DNA of 64,000 nucleotides from Polynucleobacter sp. (GCA_044345755.1 JBIJAM010000001.1:25865-89864); one strand, 5' to 3'; positions 1 to 10,999 are shown, counted from the first letter of the stretch. Made by a program: numbers and translations. Notes: generated by a model from the sequence alone, not told the origin.

Positions 1-421
1 CTACAACCGGAGCAGTCAGCACTTCGCCGCCAATGTGAAACTTCCAAATGTTTTTGCCCGTGTCATCGTAGGCAAACACATCGCCTTCCGTGGTCACGAC
101 TGCAGTGACTTTGCCATCCGAGCCGGGGCCAATGATGAGCTTTTCTGGAACAGTCGCTTCCCATAGGGTTTTGCCACTTTGCAAATCCAATTTGCGCAAA
201 CTGCCGCGACGCGATGCGGCGTAAACGGCATCGCCCACCACCGCAGGATGAAAGTTAAAGGGCTCTGACGAACCAATACTGACAGACCATACCGGCGCCA
301 AATCAAACTGGTTGCTTACTTTGACGAGCTCTGCGGGCTGGCGCACGCGCGCCTTACCCGAGCAGGCAACCAGCGTGACGGCCAAAAGACCAACAACGGC
401 AGCGCCTAGAAGTCGTTTCAT
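1..421 (-). CDS. bamB: Outer membrane protein assembly factor BamB (5' part; runs off window start)
   Basis: Hand translation from ATG at 421 gives MKRLLGAAVVGLLAVTLVAC-SGK (lipobox), then PQQ-type beta-propeller-like segments. ATGA overlap with the yfgM stop; canonical hisS-yfgM-bamB order. Confidence 0.9.
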   Translation of the reverse strand, partial: MKRLLGAAVVGLLAVTLVACSGKARVRQPAELVKVSNQFDLAPVWSVSIGSSEPFNFHPAVVGDAVYAASRRGSLRKLDLQSGKTLWEATVPEKLIIGPGSDGKVTAVVTTEGDVFAYDDTGKNIWKFHIGGEVLTAPVV

Positions 422-1074
422 TCAATGCCCCCAACGGCATCGAGCTTTACTTTCAGTAGACTACGCGCTTCTTGTGGGAACTCTTTGGATTTTTCCAATA
501 ACTTCCACGCTTGCGAATAACTTTTTCTCGCATCGGCATTTTTTCCTTGCACCAAATACCAGTCACCACGGCGCTCTAGCCACAAGGGTTCAAATCCAGG
601 GGTTGGCGTGCCTTTTAAAATCGCATCCGCTTCGGCGAGGGACTTCGCGCTGCCCTCATCCATCAATGCCGTTGCCAAGCGCAATTTGCCCAGAGCCTTG
701 TAGCCATCATTGGCTGATTTTTCCGCAACCCAGCGCAAGAAAGCCTGTGATTTAGCCGCATCGCCCGCATCGGCAGCCAGTTTTGCTGCGATCAAGCTAG
801 CCATGGGGGCATAACTTGTGCCAGCAAATTGCTTTTGCAAGTCTTCGGCAGCCAGAATGCTTTGGTCTTTGTTGCCCTTTTCAATCGAGCTCATCATGGT
901 TTCATAGAGCTTGCCGGCTTCGCTTGCTTGGCTATTCTTCCACCATTGCCAACCGTTGTAGGCAGCAAATGCAAACAACACAGCGGTGACTAAGCCCATG
1001 ATGAGGGAGCGGTATTTCTCCCAAAAGGCTTTCAAGCTATCGAGTTGTTCTTGTTCTTCGAGGTCTAAAGGCAT
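418..1074 (-). CDS. yfgM: YfgM-family tetratricopeptide-like membrane-anchored chaperone
   Basis: MPLDLEEQEQLDSLKAFWEKY N-terminus, single TM, TPR-like helices; lies between hisS and bamB. Confidence 0.9.
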   Translation of the reverse strand: MPLDLEEQEQLDSLKAFWEKYRSLIMGLVTAVLFAFAAYNGWQWWKNSQASEAGKLYETMMSSIEKGNKDQSILAAEDLQKQFAGTSYAPMASLIAAKLAADAGDAAKSQAFLRWVAEKSANDGYKALGKLRLATALMDEGSAKSLAEADAILKGTPTPGFEPLWLERRGDWYLVQGKNADARKSYSQAWKLLEKSKEFPQEARSLLKVKLDAVGGIE

Positions 1075-1113
1075 AACGGTCCAGGCTATTAAATACGATA
1101 CGAATGCGTCATT

Positions 1114-2421
1114 CTATTCGGATGTCGCTACTAAAGCATCAATTACGGTGCCGAGCAATCCATCCAAAGGAATGGCGCGTTGCTCTTTACCACCACGCAA
1201 ATCTTTGAGTTGCGCCTCATTGCGGGCAAGCTCATCGGGGCCAATGATCACCGCATACGCCGCGCCGCTGGCATCGGCTTTCTTCATTTGGGACTTAAAA
1301 CTCGCGGTTTGACCGTCTGGCGCGCAAAAGAGAACAACGTCAATACCGGCACTGCGCATTTCTTCAGCCGCAACCAAGGCAGTACGCAAGGTCTCGCCGC
1401 CCTGATGCAAAACAAAGACATCGCATAAGTTCGTAGGCTCTGGCAAGGACTCGGATACCTTCATCAGCTCAAGCACACGCTCCATACCCATGGCCCAGCC
1501 ACAGGCGGGTGCTGGTTTACCACCCATGCGCTCGATTAAGGGGTCATAGCGTCCACCACCTGCAATCGTGCCTTGGGCGCCAAGCGCATCAGTAACCCAC
1601 TCGAATACCGTTAGGTTGTAGTAATCCAAACCCCGCACCAAGCGCGGATTAATTTTGCACGGTACGTTATTGGCTTTCAGTAAAGCCTGCACTGCTTCAA
1701 AATGCGCCAAGGATTCAGCACCGAGAAAATCCAGCAGCCGCGGCGCGCCTTCAATCAGGGCTTGCATGTCTGGGTTTTTTGAATCGAGTATGCGCAGTGG
1801 ATTCGTTTTGAGGCGACGCTGTGAATCCGCATCGAGTGCAGATGCGTTTTGCTCAAAATAGGCAATTAAAGCGGTGCGGTGCAGCGCGCGCTCATCGGCT
1901 TGCCCCAGGGAATTAATTTCCAAACGCACGCCGCGTAAACCCAGCTCATCCCACAAGCGCTGACCCATCAAAATGATTTCTGCATCGATATCAGGACCCG
2001 CAAAACCCAAGGCCTCAATCCCAAATTGGTGAAACTGGCGATAACGCCCGCGCTGTGGCCGCTCATGCCTAAACATCGGACCGGTATACCAAAGGCGCTT
2101 AGGGCCGTCGTAGAGTAAATTGTGTTCAATCACCGCGCGCACGAGTGCAGCAGTGCCTTCTGGACGTAAGGTAAGTTGCTCGCCATTCAAGCGGTCTTCA
2201 AAGGAATACATTTCCTTCTCAACAATGTCGGTTACTTCGCCAATTCCACGCTGAAAGACTGGAGTGGATTCGACAATCGGCGTTTTCAGTAATTCGTATC
2301 CATAGGCTCGGGTGAGATCGCGCACGGCATTTTCCAAATGCGTCCACTGCTGCGCATCGGCAGGCAGCAGATCATTCATGCCCCGCACGCCGTTTATTTT
2401 TTGCAACTTCGGATTACTCAT
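1114..2421 (-). CDS. hisS: Histidine--tRNA ligase
   Basis: [37 protein letters not shown] and GGGRYD motifs. Confidence 0.98.
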   Translation of the reverse strand: MSNPKLQKINGVRGMNDLLPADAQQWTHLENAVRDLTRAYGYELLKTPIVESTPVFQRGIGEVTDIVEKEMYSFEDRLNGEQLTLRPEGTAALVRAVIEHNLLYDGPKRLWYTGPMFRHERPQRGRYRQFHQFGIEALGFAGPDIDAEIILMGQRLWDELGLRGVRLEINSLGQADERALHRTALIAYFEQNASALDADSQRRLKTNPLRILDSKNPDMQALIEGAPRLLDFLGAESLAHFEAVQALLKANNVPCKINPRLVRGLDYYNLTVFEWVTDALGAQGTIAGGGRYDPLIERMGGKPAPACGWAMGMERVLELMKVSESLPEPTNLCDVFVLHQGGETLRTALVAAEEMRSAGIDVVLFCAPDGQTASFKSQMKKADASGAAYAVIIGPDELARNEAQLKDLRGGKEQRAIPLDGLLGTVIDALVATSE

Positions 2422-3683
2422 GCTTGCTTACTGCCGTAACGGGTTTTGACGTACTCTTCGACAATCACCTGAAAGTCCTGCGCAATTGATTCACCGCGGA
2501 GCGTCTTTACTTTGACGCCATCGACAAACACGGGGGCTGCGGGTGTCTCGCCTGTTCCTGGTAATGAGATACCAATATTGGCGTGCTTACTCTCGCCAGG
2601 GCCGTTCACAATACAACCCATCACAGCGACGTTCATTTCTTCTACGCCCGGATGGGTTTTTTTCCATACCGGCATTTGCTGCCGTAAGTAGGATTGAATG
2701 TTGGCTGCCAATTCCTGAAAGGTCGTGCTCGTGGTGCGGCCGCAGCCAGGGCAGGCAATCACCATCGGCGTGAAATTACGCAGGCCCATGGTTTGTAAAA
2801 TCTCTTGACCCACAATCACTTCGTTTTCGCGGGGAGCGCCGGGATCGGGCGTGAGTGACACGCGAATGGTATCGCCAATGCCTTCTTGCAACAAAATGGC
2901 TAAGGCTGCGGTCGAGGCCACAATGCCTTTGCTGCCCATGCCGGCTTCAGTTAATCCTAAATGCAATGGGTAGTCACAGCGGCGCGCCAGGTCGCGATAG
3001 ACCGCCACTAAATCTTGAACGTTACTGACTTTGCAAGAGAGCGTAATTTGATTGGGGTCCATGCCCAGCTCTTCCGCCTTCTCTGCGGATTGCAAGGCCG
3101 ACTGAATCAGCGCCTCAATCATCACTTCTTGTGCTGACTTCGGTGACGGCAAGGCAGCATTGGCATCCATGATGCTAGCGAGCAGCTCTTGATCTAGGCT
3201 GCCCCAGTTCACCCCAATCCGTATCGGCTTGCGGTATTCGCAAGCGGCTTCAATCATTTGTGCAAACTGCGGATCGCGCTTAGCGCCCTTGCCTACGTTA
3301 CCTGGATTGATGCGGTACTTGGATAAAGTCCGAGCGCACTCGGGATGCTCTTTGAGCAGTGTGTGGCCGTTGTAATGAAAGTCACCAATGAGCGGCACGT
3401 GCACGCCCATCTTATCGAGCTGCTCCCGAATGTAGGGAACAGCAGCTGCGGCAGCGGGCGTGTTCACCGTAATGCGCACCATCTCCGAACCGGCGCGCGC
3501 TAACTCTTTGACTTGAATTGCAGTTGCAATGGCATCTTCGGTATCGGTATTGGTCATCGACTGCACGCGCACTGGCGCATTACCGCCAACCGTAATCCGG
3601 GCACTCTCCCAGACGACTTCCGATTGGCGTGAAGCGCGCTTAGGCGATGGGCCGAGTGGTAATGGAGGCAGGCAATTTGACAT
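2418..3683 (-). CDS. ispG: 4-hydroxy-3-methylbut-2-en-1-yl diphosphate synthase
   Basis: [29 protein letters not shown] and [10 protein letters not shown] motifs. Start is probably ATG 3683 (alternative 3704) rather than the ORF-track 3734. Confidence 0.97.
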   Translation of the reverse strand: MSNCLPPLPLGPSPKRASRQSEVVWESARITVGGNAPVRVQSMTNTDTEDAIATAIQVKELARAGSEMVRITVNTPAAAAAVPYIREQLDKMGVHVPLIGDFHYNGHTLLKEHPECARTLSKYRINPGNVGKGAKRDPQFAQMIEAACEYRKPIRIGVNWGSLDQELLASIMDANAALPSPKSAQEVMIEALIQSALQSAEKAEELGMDPNQITLSCKVSNVQDLVAVYRDLARRCDYPLHLGLTEAGMGSKGIVASTAALAILLQEGIGDTIRVSLTPDPGAPRENEVIVGQEILQTMGLRNFTPMVIACPGCGRTTSTTFQELAANIQSYLRQQMPVWKKTHPGVEEMNVAVMGCIVNGPGESKHANIGISLPGTGETPAAPVFVDGVKVKTLRGESIAQDFQVIVEEYVKTRYGSKQA

Positions 3684-3718
3684 GGTTTTAGTTGGTACTG
3701 TCATTGGTATAGGGAATA

Positions 3719-4873
3719 TTAACGGTTGACCCATTCGATGGGTTGTTCGTAGAGCGCGCGCTCCCGCACACGCGTCCGATCTACCACATCACCAGCGAGT
3801 TGGCCACATGCAGCGGCAATGTCATCGCCACGGGTTTTACGCACGGTGGCAATCATGCCGGCGTCTTGCAATAAATGCATAAATGCCTGAACGCGCTGTG
3901 GCAATGATCGCGTTAGACCGGATTCTGGGAAGGGATTAAATGGAATCAGATTAACTTTGCATTTAATGCCACTCAATAAACGAATTAACTCTTTGGCCTG
4001 CGCATCGCTGTCATTCACATTCTCGAGCATGCAATATTCAAAGGTTAAAAAATCACGCGGCGCAAATTCCAAATAGCGCTCGCACGCTGCGAGTAATTCG
4101 CGCAGCGGGTATTTAATGTTCAAGGGAACTAGCTGATCGCGCAGCGCATCAGTGGGCGCATGCAAGGACACTGCCAAGGCAACGGGGCAGTCCTGCGATA
4201 AACGATCCATCATCGGCACCACGCCAGAGGTAGATACCGTCACGCGGCGACGTGACAAGCCATAGGCATTGTCATCGAGCATCAAACGCAAGGCAGTCAG
4301 CACATTGTCGTAATTGAGCAAGGGCTCGCCCATACCCATCAGCACCACGTTGGAGACCACACGGCCGCTGTAGACATAACCGGGGGTTGGGTATTGCTCT
4401 AAGCGCAATATCGCGTTCGGGTCTTTTTTGAGTTCGTGCTCGGCATACCAAAGTTGGCCGATGATTTCACCGGCGGTGAGGTTGCGTGAGAAGCCTTGAT
4501 AACCCGTGGAGCAAAAGCGGCAGTTCACTGCACAGCCAGCCTGCGATGAAATACACAAAGTACCGCGGTCGTCTTCCGGTATGAATACCATCTCCACCGC
4601 ATCTTTGGCGCCCACATCAATCAGCCACTTGCGTGTGCCATCGACCGCCTGCTCCTCCCGTATCACGGGCAAAGGCTTAATCTCAGCCTGATCGGTTAAG
4701 GAAGTACGAAAGGTTTTGGCTAGATCACTCATCGCGGCGATATCGGACACGCCGCGCTGGTGAACCCAATTCAGGAGCTGCTTGGCCCGAAATGGTTTTT
4801 CATTTAGACCCGCGACATACGCTGCCATACCGGCAGCGTCAAAATCCAGGAGATTTGTGCGCGGGGTAGTCAA
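3719..4873 (-). CDS. rlmN: 23S rRNA (adenine2503-C2)-methyltransferase, radical SAM
   Basis: [26 protein letters not shown] and AACGQL motifs. Confidence 0.97.
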   Translation of the reverse strand: MTTPRTNLLDFDAAGMAAYVAGLNEKPFRAKQLLNWVHQRGVSDIAAMSDLAKTFRTSLTDQAEIKPLPVIREEQAVDGTRKWLIDVGAKDAVEMVFIPEDDRGTLCISSQAGCAVNCRFCSTGYQGFSRNLTAGEIIGQLWYAEHELKKDPNAILRLEQYPTPGYVYSGRVVSNVVLMGMGEPLLNYDNVLTALRLMLDDNAYGLSRRRVTVSTSGVVPMMDRLSQDCPVALAVSLHAPTDALRDQLVPLNIKYPLRELLAACERYLEFAPRDFLTFEYCMLENVNDSDAQAKELIRLLSGIKCKVNLIPFNPFPESGLTRSLPQRVQAFMHLLQDAGMIATVRKTRGDDIAAACGQLAGDVVDRTRVRERALYEQPIEWVNR

Positions 4874-4877
4874 TCAA

Positions 4878-5303
4878 TTAACGCGAAAAGATGTTCATGC
4901 CTGGGAAAAAGAATCCGATTTCCACAGCAGCAGTTTCTGGCGCATCAGAGCCATGCACCGCATTAGCATCAATGCTGTCTGCAAAGTCAGCGCGGATGGT
5001 GCCTTTATCTGCTTTTTTAGGATCGGTTGCGCCCATGAGTTCACGGTTCTTCGCAATGGCGTTGTCACCCTGCAGTACCTGAATCATCACTGGCCCAGAA
5101 ATCATGAAGCTGACTAAATCTTTAAAGAATGGGCGGGCAGCATGCACGGCATAAAACTGCTCGGCTTCTGACTGCGATAAATGCGCCATTTTGGATGCGA
5201 TGACTTTGAGGCCGGCTTGCTCAAAACGGGAATAAATCTGTCCGATTACATTTTTTGCTACTGCATCCGGTTTAATAATAGAAAGGGTGCGCTCCATTGC
5301 CAT
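4878..5303 (-). CDS. ndk: Nucleoside diphosphate kinase
   Basis: [19 protein letters not shown] and NAVHGSD motifs. Confidence 0.98.
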   Translation of the reverse strand: MAMERTLSIIKPDAVAKNVIGQIYSRFEQAGLKVIASKMAHLSQSEAEQFYAVHAARPFFKDLVSFMISGPVMIQVLQGDNAIAKNRELMGATDPKKADKGTIRADFADSIDANAVHGSDAPETAAVEIGFFFPGMNIFSR

Positions 5304-5594
5304 GCAAAACTCCAGTGATTAATTCAATAGTAATAAAAAACAGCCATTTTTAACCAAAATTAATAGGGTATTGGCTGCCGATACGGGTATTTCGCGTTTC
5401 TTCAACGCCACGCAATTATACATTGCTTAGCCCGTATTTACCCCCATGCCCATTACCCTAAGCCATTGAATTTACTGGGTATAACCCTATTTTGTTTATT
5501 CCTATTGGATTAGACCCTTGATTTAATCGATTTTGTCTATACTTAGTATCAAAGTCCCGTGGTGGACTCACGTTATTAGATAAAAGGAGTCAAT

Positions 5595-6296
5595 ATGAGT
5601 GATTTGAACTCGTTCGGCTTTGGGCAAACAGGCTCAGTAGCAAATGCACAGGTCCGTAACCGGGTACTGCGCAATACCTATGCCCTGCTGGCACTTTCCA
5701 TGGTTCCAACCGTCATCGGCGCTTGGCTCGGTGTTGCAATGGGATTCAAGCTATTTGAAGGCAGCCCCTTCATGGGCTTTATTGTCTTTATGGCTGTCGC
5801 CTTCGGCTTTTTCTGGGCGATTGATCGCAATAAGGACAGCGGCTTAGGTGTAGTGCTGTTATTGGCCTTCACCTTCTTTATGGGCGTGATGCTGTCCCGT
5901 TTAGTTGGCTATACCCTGGGCACCTATAGCAACGGCGCAACCCTCATCATGGGTGCATTTGGTGGTACTGCCCTGATCTTCACGGTCATGGCCAGCATTG
6001 CTACCGTCAGCAAGCGTGATTTTGGCAGCATGGGCAAGTTCCTCATGATTGGCGTGATACTGCTGATCGTGGCTTCCCTTGCCAACATTTGGCTGCAAAT
6101 GCCTGCTTTGATGTTGACCTTGATGGTGTTGGCCATTGCGATTTTCTCGGCCTTCATCCTCGTGGACGTTCAGCGGGTTGTGAATGGCGGTGAAACCAAC
6201 TACGTGATGGCGACACTTGCAATTTACTTAAACGTGTACAACATCTTCACCAACCTCTTGGCCCTCTTCGGGATCATGGGTGGCGATCGCGACTAA
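5595..6296 (+). CDS. yccA: Bax inhibitor-1/YccA family membrane protein
   Basis: VLRNTYALL, about 7 TM helices, GGETNY..AT..YL..YNIF motif; SD AAGGAG upstream. Confidence 0.9.
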   Translation: MSDLNSFGFGQTGSVANAQVRNRVLRNTYALLALSMVPTVIGAWLGVAMGFKLFEGSPFMGFIVFMAVAFGFFWAIDRNKDSGLGVVLLLAFTFFMGVMLSRLVGYTLGTYSNGATLIMGAFGGTALIFTVMASIATVSKRDFGSMGKFLMIGVILLIVASLANIWLQMPALMLTLMVLAIAIFSAFILVDVQRVVNGGETNYVMATLAIYLNVYNIFTNLLALFGIMGGDRD

Positions 6297-6319
6297 GTAG
6301 TCGAAGTAACGCAATGATG

Positions 6320-6346
6320 AAGCGCCCTACGGGGCGCTTTTTCTTT
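6320..6346 (+). terminator. Rho-independent terminator after yccA
   Basis: Hairpin AAGCGCCC-TACG-GGGCGCTT followed by a T-tract. Confidence 0.85.
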
Positions 6347-6528
6347 GAGTTAATTGCAGCCCTAGAGGCTATTCATAGTGATAGCGGCAAAGCTTTCTTT
6401 CGTGCTGAGTAGGCCAAATCTTTTTTAAACATCAGGATTACAGTGCGTGATTTTGATCCACTATCGATAAAAACTTTTTAAGATGTTATGCTTTTTATAT
6501 CTACTTTGAACTATGCTGAGGACCATTC

Positions 6529-7650
6529 GTGAAACCATTAATGATTAAAAAAATAGTAGCTGCTTCCGTTTCAGCTTCTTTGGCATTTACCCCGCTAGCA
6601 AGTTATGCCTGTACTGCCGTAAACATTGTTGCAAAGGATGGCTCGGTAGTTGCAGGAAGAACCATGGAATGGGCCTTTGATATGAAGTGGCAGCTCACCG
6701 CAAATCCCAAAGGCACTCCTATTTCCCTTAGTGCTCCAACATCGTTAAAGTTGCCTGCAACAAGCCTATCTAGTAAATATGCATTTGTCGCAATTGCGCC
6801 GGGAGTTTTGGCAGGCCCTCCTGCCTACCTAGAAGGTCAAAATGAAGCAGGCCTCGCCATTAGTGGAAATTTTTTACCTGGCTTTACTGAATACCAAACG
6901 GTTACACCGCAAGATAAGAACTACGTTTCTATCCTGAATTTAGGCGGATTTATTTTAGGCATGTTCGGTTCAGTAAAAGAATTGCGTAGTGAGCTCCCTA
7001 AATATAAGGTGTGGTTTGATCCCAGCGAAGTCAAAGGATTGCCGACCCCACCCTGGTTGCATCTTGTCTTAACAGATCGGATCGGTGACAGCATTATTGT
7101 CGAGTTTGTTAAGGGCCAAATGGTGATCCACAATAACGTTGCTGGAGTGCTAACGAATGCGCCAACCTATGACTGGCACCTGAATAATGTGCGTAATTAT
7201 TTGTCACTCACAACCACTCCAACAGCTTCAGTAATGGTGGGTAATACGAACGTTACTGAATTGGGTCAAGGCGGTGGCTTACTGGGCTTACCAGCCGATT
7301 ACACCCCACCATCGCGCTTCGTCAGGGCGGCTTACCTAAAACAATTTACCTATCAGCCGAGTAATAGCGCAGAAGCGATGCAAAGTGCTGGCCATATTTT
7401 GAACAACGTTGATATTCCAGTTGGCGTAGCTCGCTCTACAGATGGCAAGCAGGTTTTTTCTGATTACACGCAGTGGGTTACTCTCAAGGACTTAAAGAAT
7501 AATCGGATGAAAATTGCAAACTATGCAAATCGTACTAACTTCATTGAAATAAATCTGAATGAAGTATTTAAGTCCGGAAAATCAAAAACCTGGCAGGTTG
7601 ATAAGTTGCCGTATCCTAAGAATGACCTAACAGCAGAGTTCTTAAAATAA
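6529..7650 (+). CDS. Secreted choloylglycine hydrolase / penicillin V acylase family Ntn-hydrolase
   Basis: Signal peptide ending SYA|CT exposes the N-terminal nucleophile Cys; GRTMEW, TNAPTYDWH and LPADYTPPSRFVRA motifs; AT-richer than the flanks. Confidence 0.88.
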   Translation: MKPLMIKKIVAASVSASLAFTPLASYACTAVNIVAKDGSVVAGRTMEWAFDMKWQLTANPKGTPISLSAPTSLKLPATSLSSKYAFVAIAPGVLAGPPAYLEGQNEAGLAISGNFLPGFTEYQTVTPQDKNYVSILNLGGFILGMFGSVKELRSELPKYKVWFDPSEVKGLPTPPWLHLVLTDRIGDSIIVEFVKGQMVIHNNVAGVLTNAPTYDWHLNNVRNYLSLTTTPTASVMVGNTNVTELGQGGGLLGLPADYTPPSRFVRAAYLKQFTYQPSNSAEAMQSAGHILNNVDIPVGVARSTDGKQVFSDYTQWVTLKDLKNNRMKIANYANRTNFIEINLNEVFKSGKSKTWQVDKLPYPKNDLTAEFLK

Positions 7651-7659
7651 GCCAATCCA

Positions 7660-7794
7660 CTAAACCGCCTTCGTTTTGGTTTTCCCTTGGCGATATTGCT
7701 TCAATGATTTCTCCAAATGTTTCACATTGGCAGGAGTTTTTAATAAGTGAAATGTTTCCACCTTACGTGGATCAGGCTTAACTTTTCGTACCAT
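7660..7794 (-). pseudogene. 44-aa ORF resembling the C-terminal half of a YefM/Phd antitoxin
   Basis: Hand translation MVRKVKPDPRKVETFHLLKTPANVKHLEKSLKQYRQGKTKTKAV. ETxxLLxxPANxxxLxxS matches the YefM toxin-binding region; no DNA-binding N-domain. Confidence 0.55.
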
Positions 7795-9349
7795 ACGCTT
7801 TAGTCATTTTTAATTCAGAAAGGTCGCTTGCTTTAGCGGGTGTTTTTTGTGCCCAGGCTAAAGCAGCAGTTAAATCCTTTTTAAGGGCTGGTGTATGAAG
7901 AATTCCAGTCCCTATGCGCTCAAACACCGCAATCGACTCGACGTGCGACGTATGGGGAAACATATTGATGATGCCGGCCGATTGCAACTGGTAGCCGGCT
8001 TGGTGTACCAGTATGGCGGCATCCCGCGCTAGGGTTTTGGGGTTGCACGACACATAGACAATCCGCTCTGGCAAGAAGCCATCCCACTCATGCTGCCCTG
8101 CTGCGCTTGCTTGAACAATATTGGCCAATGCTTGGCATATTGCCATGGCGCCCTCTCTGGGCGGATCGATTAACCAGCGCTCGGCTTTGCCCCACGAAAC
8201 AACGGTATCGATGCTGACTTCAAACAGATCACTCTGCATAAAGCGGGCTTTATCGCTAAGTTGATTGTGGAGGGCATTTTCAGTAGCGCGCTCAACCAAG
8301 CTCGCAAGCCCTTCAATGCCCAATACGGCACTGGCCGTACGCGCTAATGGCAAGCTGAAATTACCAATACCGCAAAAGAGGTCGAGCACGCGATCGCCTG
8401 CTTGCACATCCAGCAGTCGTAAGGCGCGACTCACGAGCGAGCGATTCATGAGGTGATTGACCTGCGTAAAGTCGGCGGGCTTAAACGGCATCTCAATGCC
8501 AAATTCGGGCAGACGGTAGCAGAGTGTTCCGGTTGGCGGATGAAAGGGAGCCAAGCTTTGTAAGCCGCTGGGCTGAAGCCATATCCAAACGCCATGCCGA
8601 TCGGCAAACGCCTTAATTGCAGTTTGGTCTGCCTCGGTTAGCGGCTCTAAATGCCGAATGGCCAAAGCCGTAACCTGGCTACCAATCTCCTTGCCCTCGC
8701 CTACAGCCAATTCTATTTGCGGCACTCGGCTCGGATCACTCAGTTGCATGATGAGCGCGCGCAGGGGTTCCAGTAAATCCGATACGTGCTTCGGCAAAAT
8801 CGCACAGGAAAGCATATCCACCACATACGCACTTTGGTGTTCATGAAATCCCACCAGCACCGTGCCTTTTTTAATCGAGCGGTTAACCACACTAAAACGA
8901 GCGCGGTGGCGATAGTGCCAGGTTGGCCCAGCCATCGGCCGCAGTACCTCTTGTGGGCGCAGCTGCCCGATGTGCAGCAGATCATCTTCCAACACGCGCT
9001 GCTTGATCGCGATTTGCGCCCGTATATCCAAGTGCTGCATGGTGCAACCGCCGCACACACCAAAATATTGGCACGCAGGCTTGGCCCGAAAGACCGCTTC
9101 TTTGAGGATATCGATTACTTTGGCTTTGGAGAAGCGCGATTTTTCACGGGTAATTTGGTAGCGCACCAGCTCCGTAGGCAAGGCGCCGCGGATAAAAATG
9201 ACTTTACCGCTCTCACCGCGCGCAGCCGCTTCTTCGCTGGGCGCTAAGCGGGCAATGCCTTGGGCATCAAGATCTAAGCCCTCCACTACGATGGGACCCG
9301 ATACAGCGTGACTTTCTGGCGCTACGCGTGCGCGCGATCGCCTAGGCAT
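7778..9349 (-). CDS. rlmD: 23S rRNA (uracil1939-C5)-methyltransferase with ~45-aa atypical C-terminal extension
   Basis: TRAM domain, C..FGVCGGC Fe-S motif, LDLFCGIGNF, DPPR, YVSCNP.TLARD, MFPHTSHVES. Start probably ATG 9349. Confidence 0.95.
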   Translation of the reverse strand: MPRRSRARVAPESHAVSGPIVVEGLDLDAQGIARLAPSEEAAARGESGKVIFIRGALPTELVRYQITREKSRFSKAKVIDILKEAVFRAKPACQYFGVCGGCTMQHLDIRAQIAIKQRVLEDDLLHIGQLRPQEVLRPMAGPTWHYRHRARFSVVNRSIKKGTVLVGFHEHQSAYVVDMLSCAILPKHVSDLLEPLRALIMQLSDPSRVPQIELAVGEGKEIGSQVTALAIRHLEPLTEADQTAIKAFADRHGVWIWLQPSGLQSLAPFHPPTGTLCYRLPEFGIEMPFKPADFTQVNHLMNRSLVSRALRLLDVQAGDRVLDLFCGIGNFSLPLARTASAVLGIEGLASLVERATENALHNQLSDKARFMQSDLFEVSIDTVVSWGKAERWLIDPPREGAMAICQALANIVQASAAGQHEWDGFLPERIVYVSCNPKTLARDAAILVHQAGYQLQSAGIINMFPHTSHVESIAVFERIGTGILHTPALKKDLTAALAWAQKTPAKASDLSELKMTKAYGTKS

Positions 9350-10163
9350 CGCCTGCAAAGCCAGCGAGGTACTCTTGCCAGGCTTGACCGTTAGGCTCTT
9401 TAGCCTCTTGCTCTAAATAGTGCTTCACAAAGTCCAACTCTTCATCGTGCTCTGCTTGCGTCACACCGCCACGCATCAGTTGGTAACGGCAATACATTAA
9501 ATAGGTGTTCACCACATCGGTTTCGCAATAGCGCCGTATGTCGGCAATCTTGCCGTCTTGGTAGGCTGGCCAGACTTGACTACCATCCATACCGAGCTTG
9601 CCCGGAAAGCCGCACAGCTTTGCTAAGGCATCTAAGGGTGCATTGGCACGGCCATTGAATTTGGCCAGCAGGTCCATTAAGTCTAAATGCCGCATGTGGT
9701 AACGGCTAATGTAGTTATTCCATTTGAACTCGCGGCTATCACTATCCTGGCTCTCGCCCATTTCCCAATAGCGCGGTGCATGCACTTGATTGATTAAGGC
9801 GCGGTAGTGCAGCACTGGTAAATCAAAGCCACTGCCATTCCACGACACCAATTGCGGCGTGTATTTTTCGATTACATCAAAAAATGCCTGTATCAGTACC
9901 TTCTCAGAATCCTCTGGATTAGCAAGAGAGCCAACTTTGATTTGCGGCAAACCTTCTTTGGTCGTACGCCGAATCACACAGGAGATCGCAACAATACGTT
10001 GCAGGTAGAGCGGTAAAAAATCGCTGCCGGTTTTTTCTAAACGCAGTTGCATGACCTGCTGTGCTACATCGCTATCCGTCATGCTTGCCGGAAAATCCTC
10101 CAACCGGCGCAGACCCACTACATCCGGAATGGTCTCAATATCAAATACCAGAACGGTTGTCAT
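9342..10163 (-). CDS. PolB-like 3'-5' exonuclease family protein
   Basis: DEDD motifs FDIET, WNGSGFDLP and YCETDV. Confidence 0.88.
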   Translation of the reverse strand: MTTVLVFDIETIPDVVGLRRLEDFPASMTDSDVAQQVMQLRLEKTGSDFLPLYLQRIVAISCVIRRTTKEGLPQIKVGSLANPEDSEKVLIQAFFDVIEKYTPQLVSWNGSGFDLPVLHYRALINQVHAPRYWEMGESQDSDSREFKWNNYISRYHMRHLDLMDLLAKFNGRANAPLDALAKLCGFPGKLGMDGSQVWPAYQDGKIADIRRYCETDVVNTYLMYCRYQLMRGGVTQAEHDEELDFVKHYLEQEAKEPNGQAWQEYLAGFAGDA

Positions 10164-10174
10164 GCCACCTTAGG

Positions 10175-10999
10175 TTACTGCAGGAAGGGCAGCGGATCGA
10201 CTGGCTTGCCATTCACGCGCAGTTCAAAGTGCAGTCGTACGGAGTTGGCATCGGTATCGCCCATTTCGGCAATGGTTTGCCCTTTGCGTACCGCATCGCC
10301 CTCTTTCACTAACAAGTTGCGGTTATGGGCATAGGCCGTGAGGTAGGTATTGTCGTGTTTCACGATCACTAAATTGCCGTAGCCGCGCAGACTATTGCCA
10401 GCGTAGACAACACGGCCATCGCTCGCTGCCTGAATTGGATCACCTAACTTACCGGCAATGTCGATGCCCTTATTCTTACCATCCACAAAGTCTTCCACTA
10501 CCTTACCTTTAGCGGGCCACGACAAGCGAATGCCTGGCGGGGGTGCATCGGGCTTTACGGCTTCAATCTTGGGTTCTGCTGCCGGTTCCGCCATTTTTTG
10601 CGGGGCGGGTGTGGCGGGCGCAGACTTCAATGGCTTCACTGTCATTGCGTTCGCGGGGGGTCGTACCAGCAATAACTGATCGACTTCAATCTGATTGGGA
10701 TCGGTCAGGTTATTCCAGCGTACGATATCGCGATAGGACTGCCCTTGATCCAGCGCAATCCGCAATACGGTGTCACCCCGCTTCACACGGTAATACCCCG
10801 GAGGTGTTGGAATGCTGGCAGTGGGTGCAGCGGATGCCGAGGAGTCCGAACGCGAACGGTCGATTACGGTTGCGGGCGTCGTACGTGGGGTGCTGCAAGC
10901 CGATAGCAATACGGTGGAGCTAAGCAGTATCAATGCCAGCCGAGCAGGCAGCTTGCTGTGCATCGATGGGGTGTTCCAGAATGGGCTAGATTTTTTCAT
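10175..10999 (-). CDS. nlpD: LysM/M23 lipoprotein NlpD
   Basis: Lipobox LSAC, LysM domain (YRVKRGDT), M23 domain ([16 protein letters not shown]); follows pcm. Confidence 0.93.
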   Translation of the reverse strand: MKKSSPFWNTPSMHSKLPARLALILLSSTVLLSACSTPRTTPATVIDRSRSDSSASAAPTASIPTPPGYYRVKRGDTVLRIALDQGQSYRDIVRWNNLTDPNQIEVDQLLLVRPPANAMTVKPLKSAPATPAPQKMAEPAAEPKIEAVKPDAPPPGIRLSWPAKGKVVEDFVDGKNKGIDIAGKLGDPIQAASDGRVVYAGNSLRGYGNLVIVKHDNTYLTAYAHNRNLLVKEGDAVRKGQTIAEMGDTDANSVRLHFELRVNGKPVDPLPFLQ

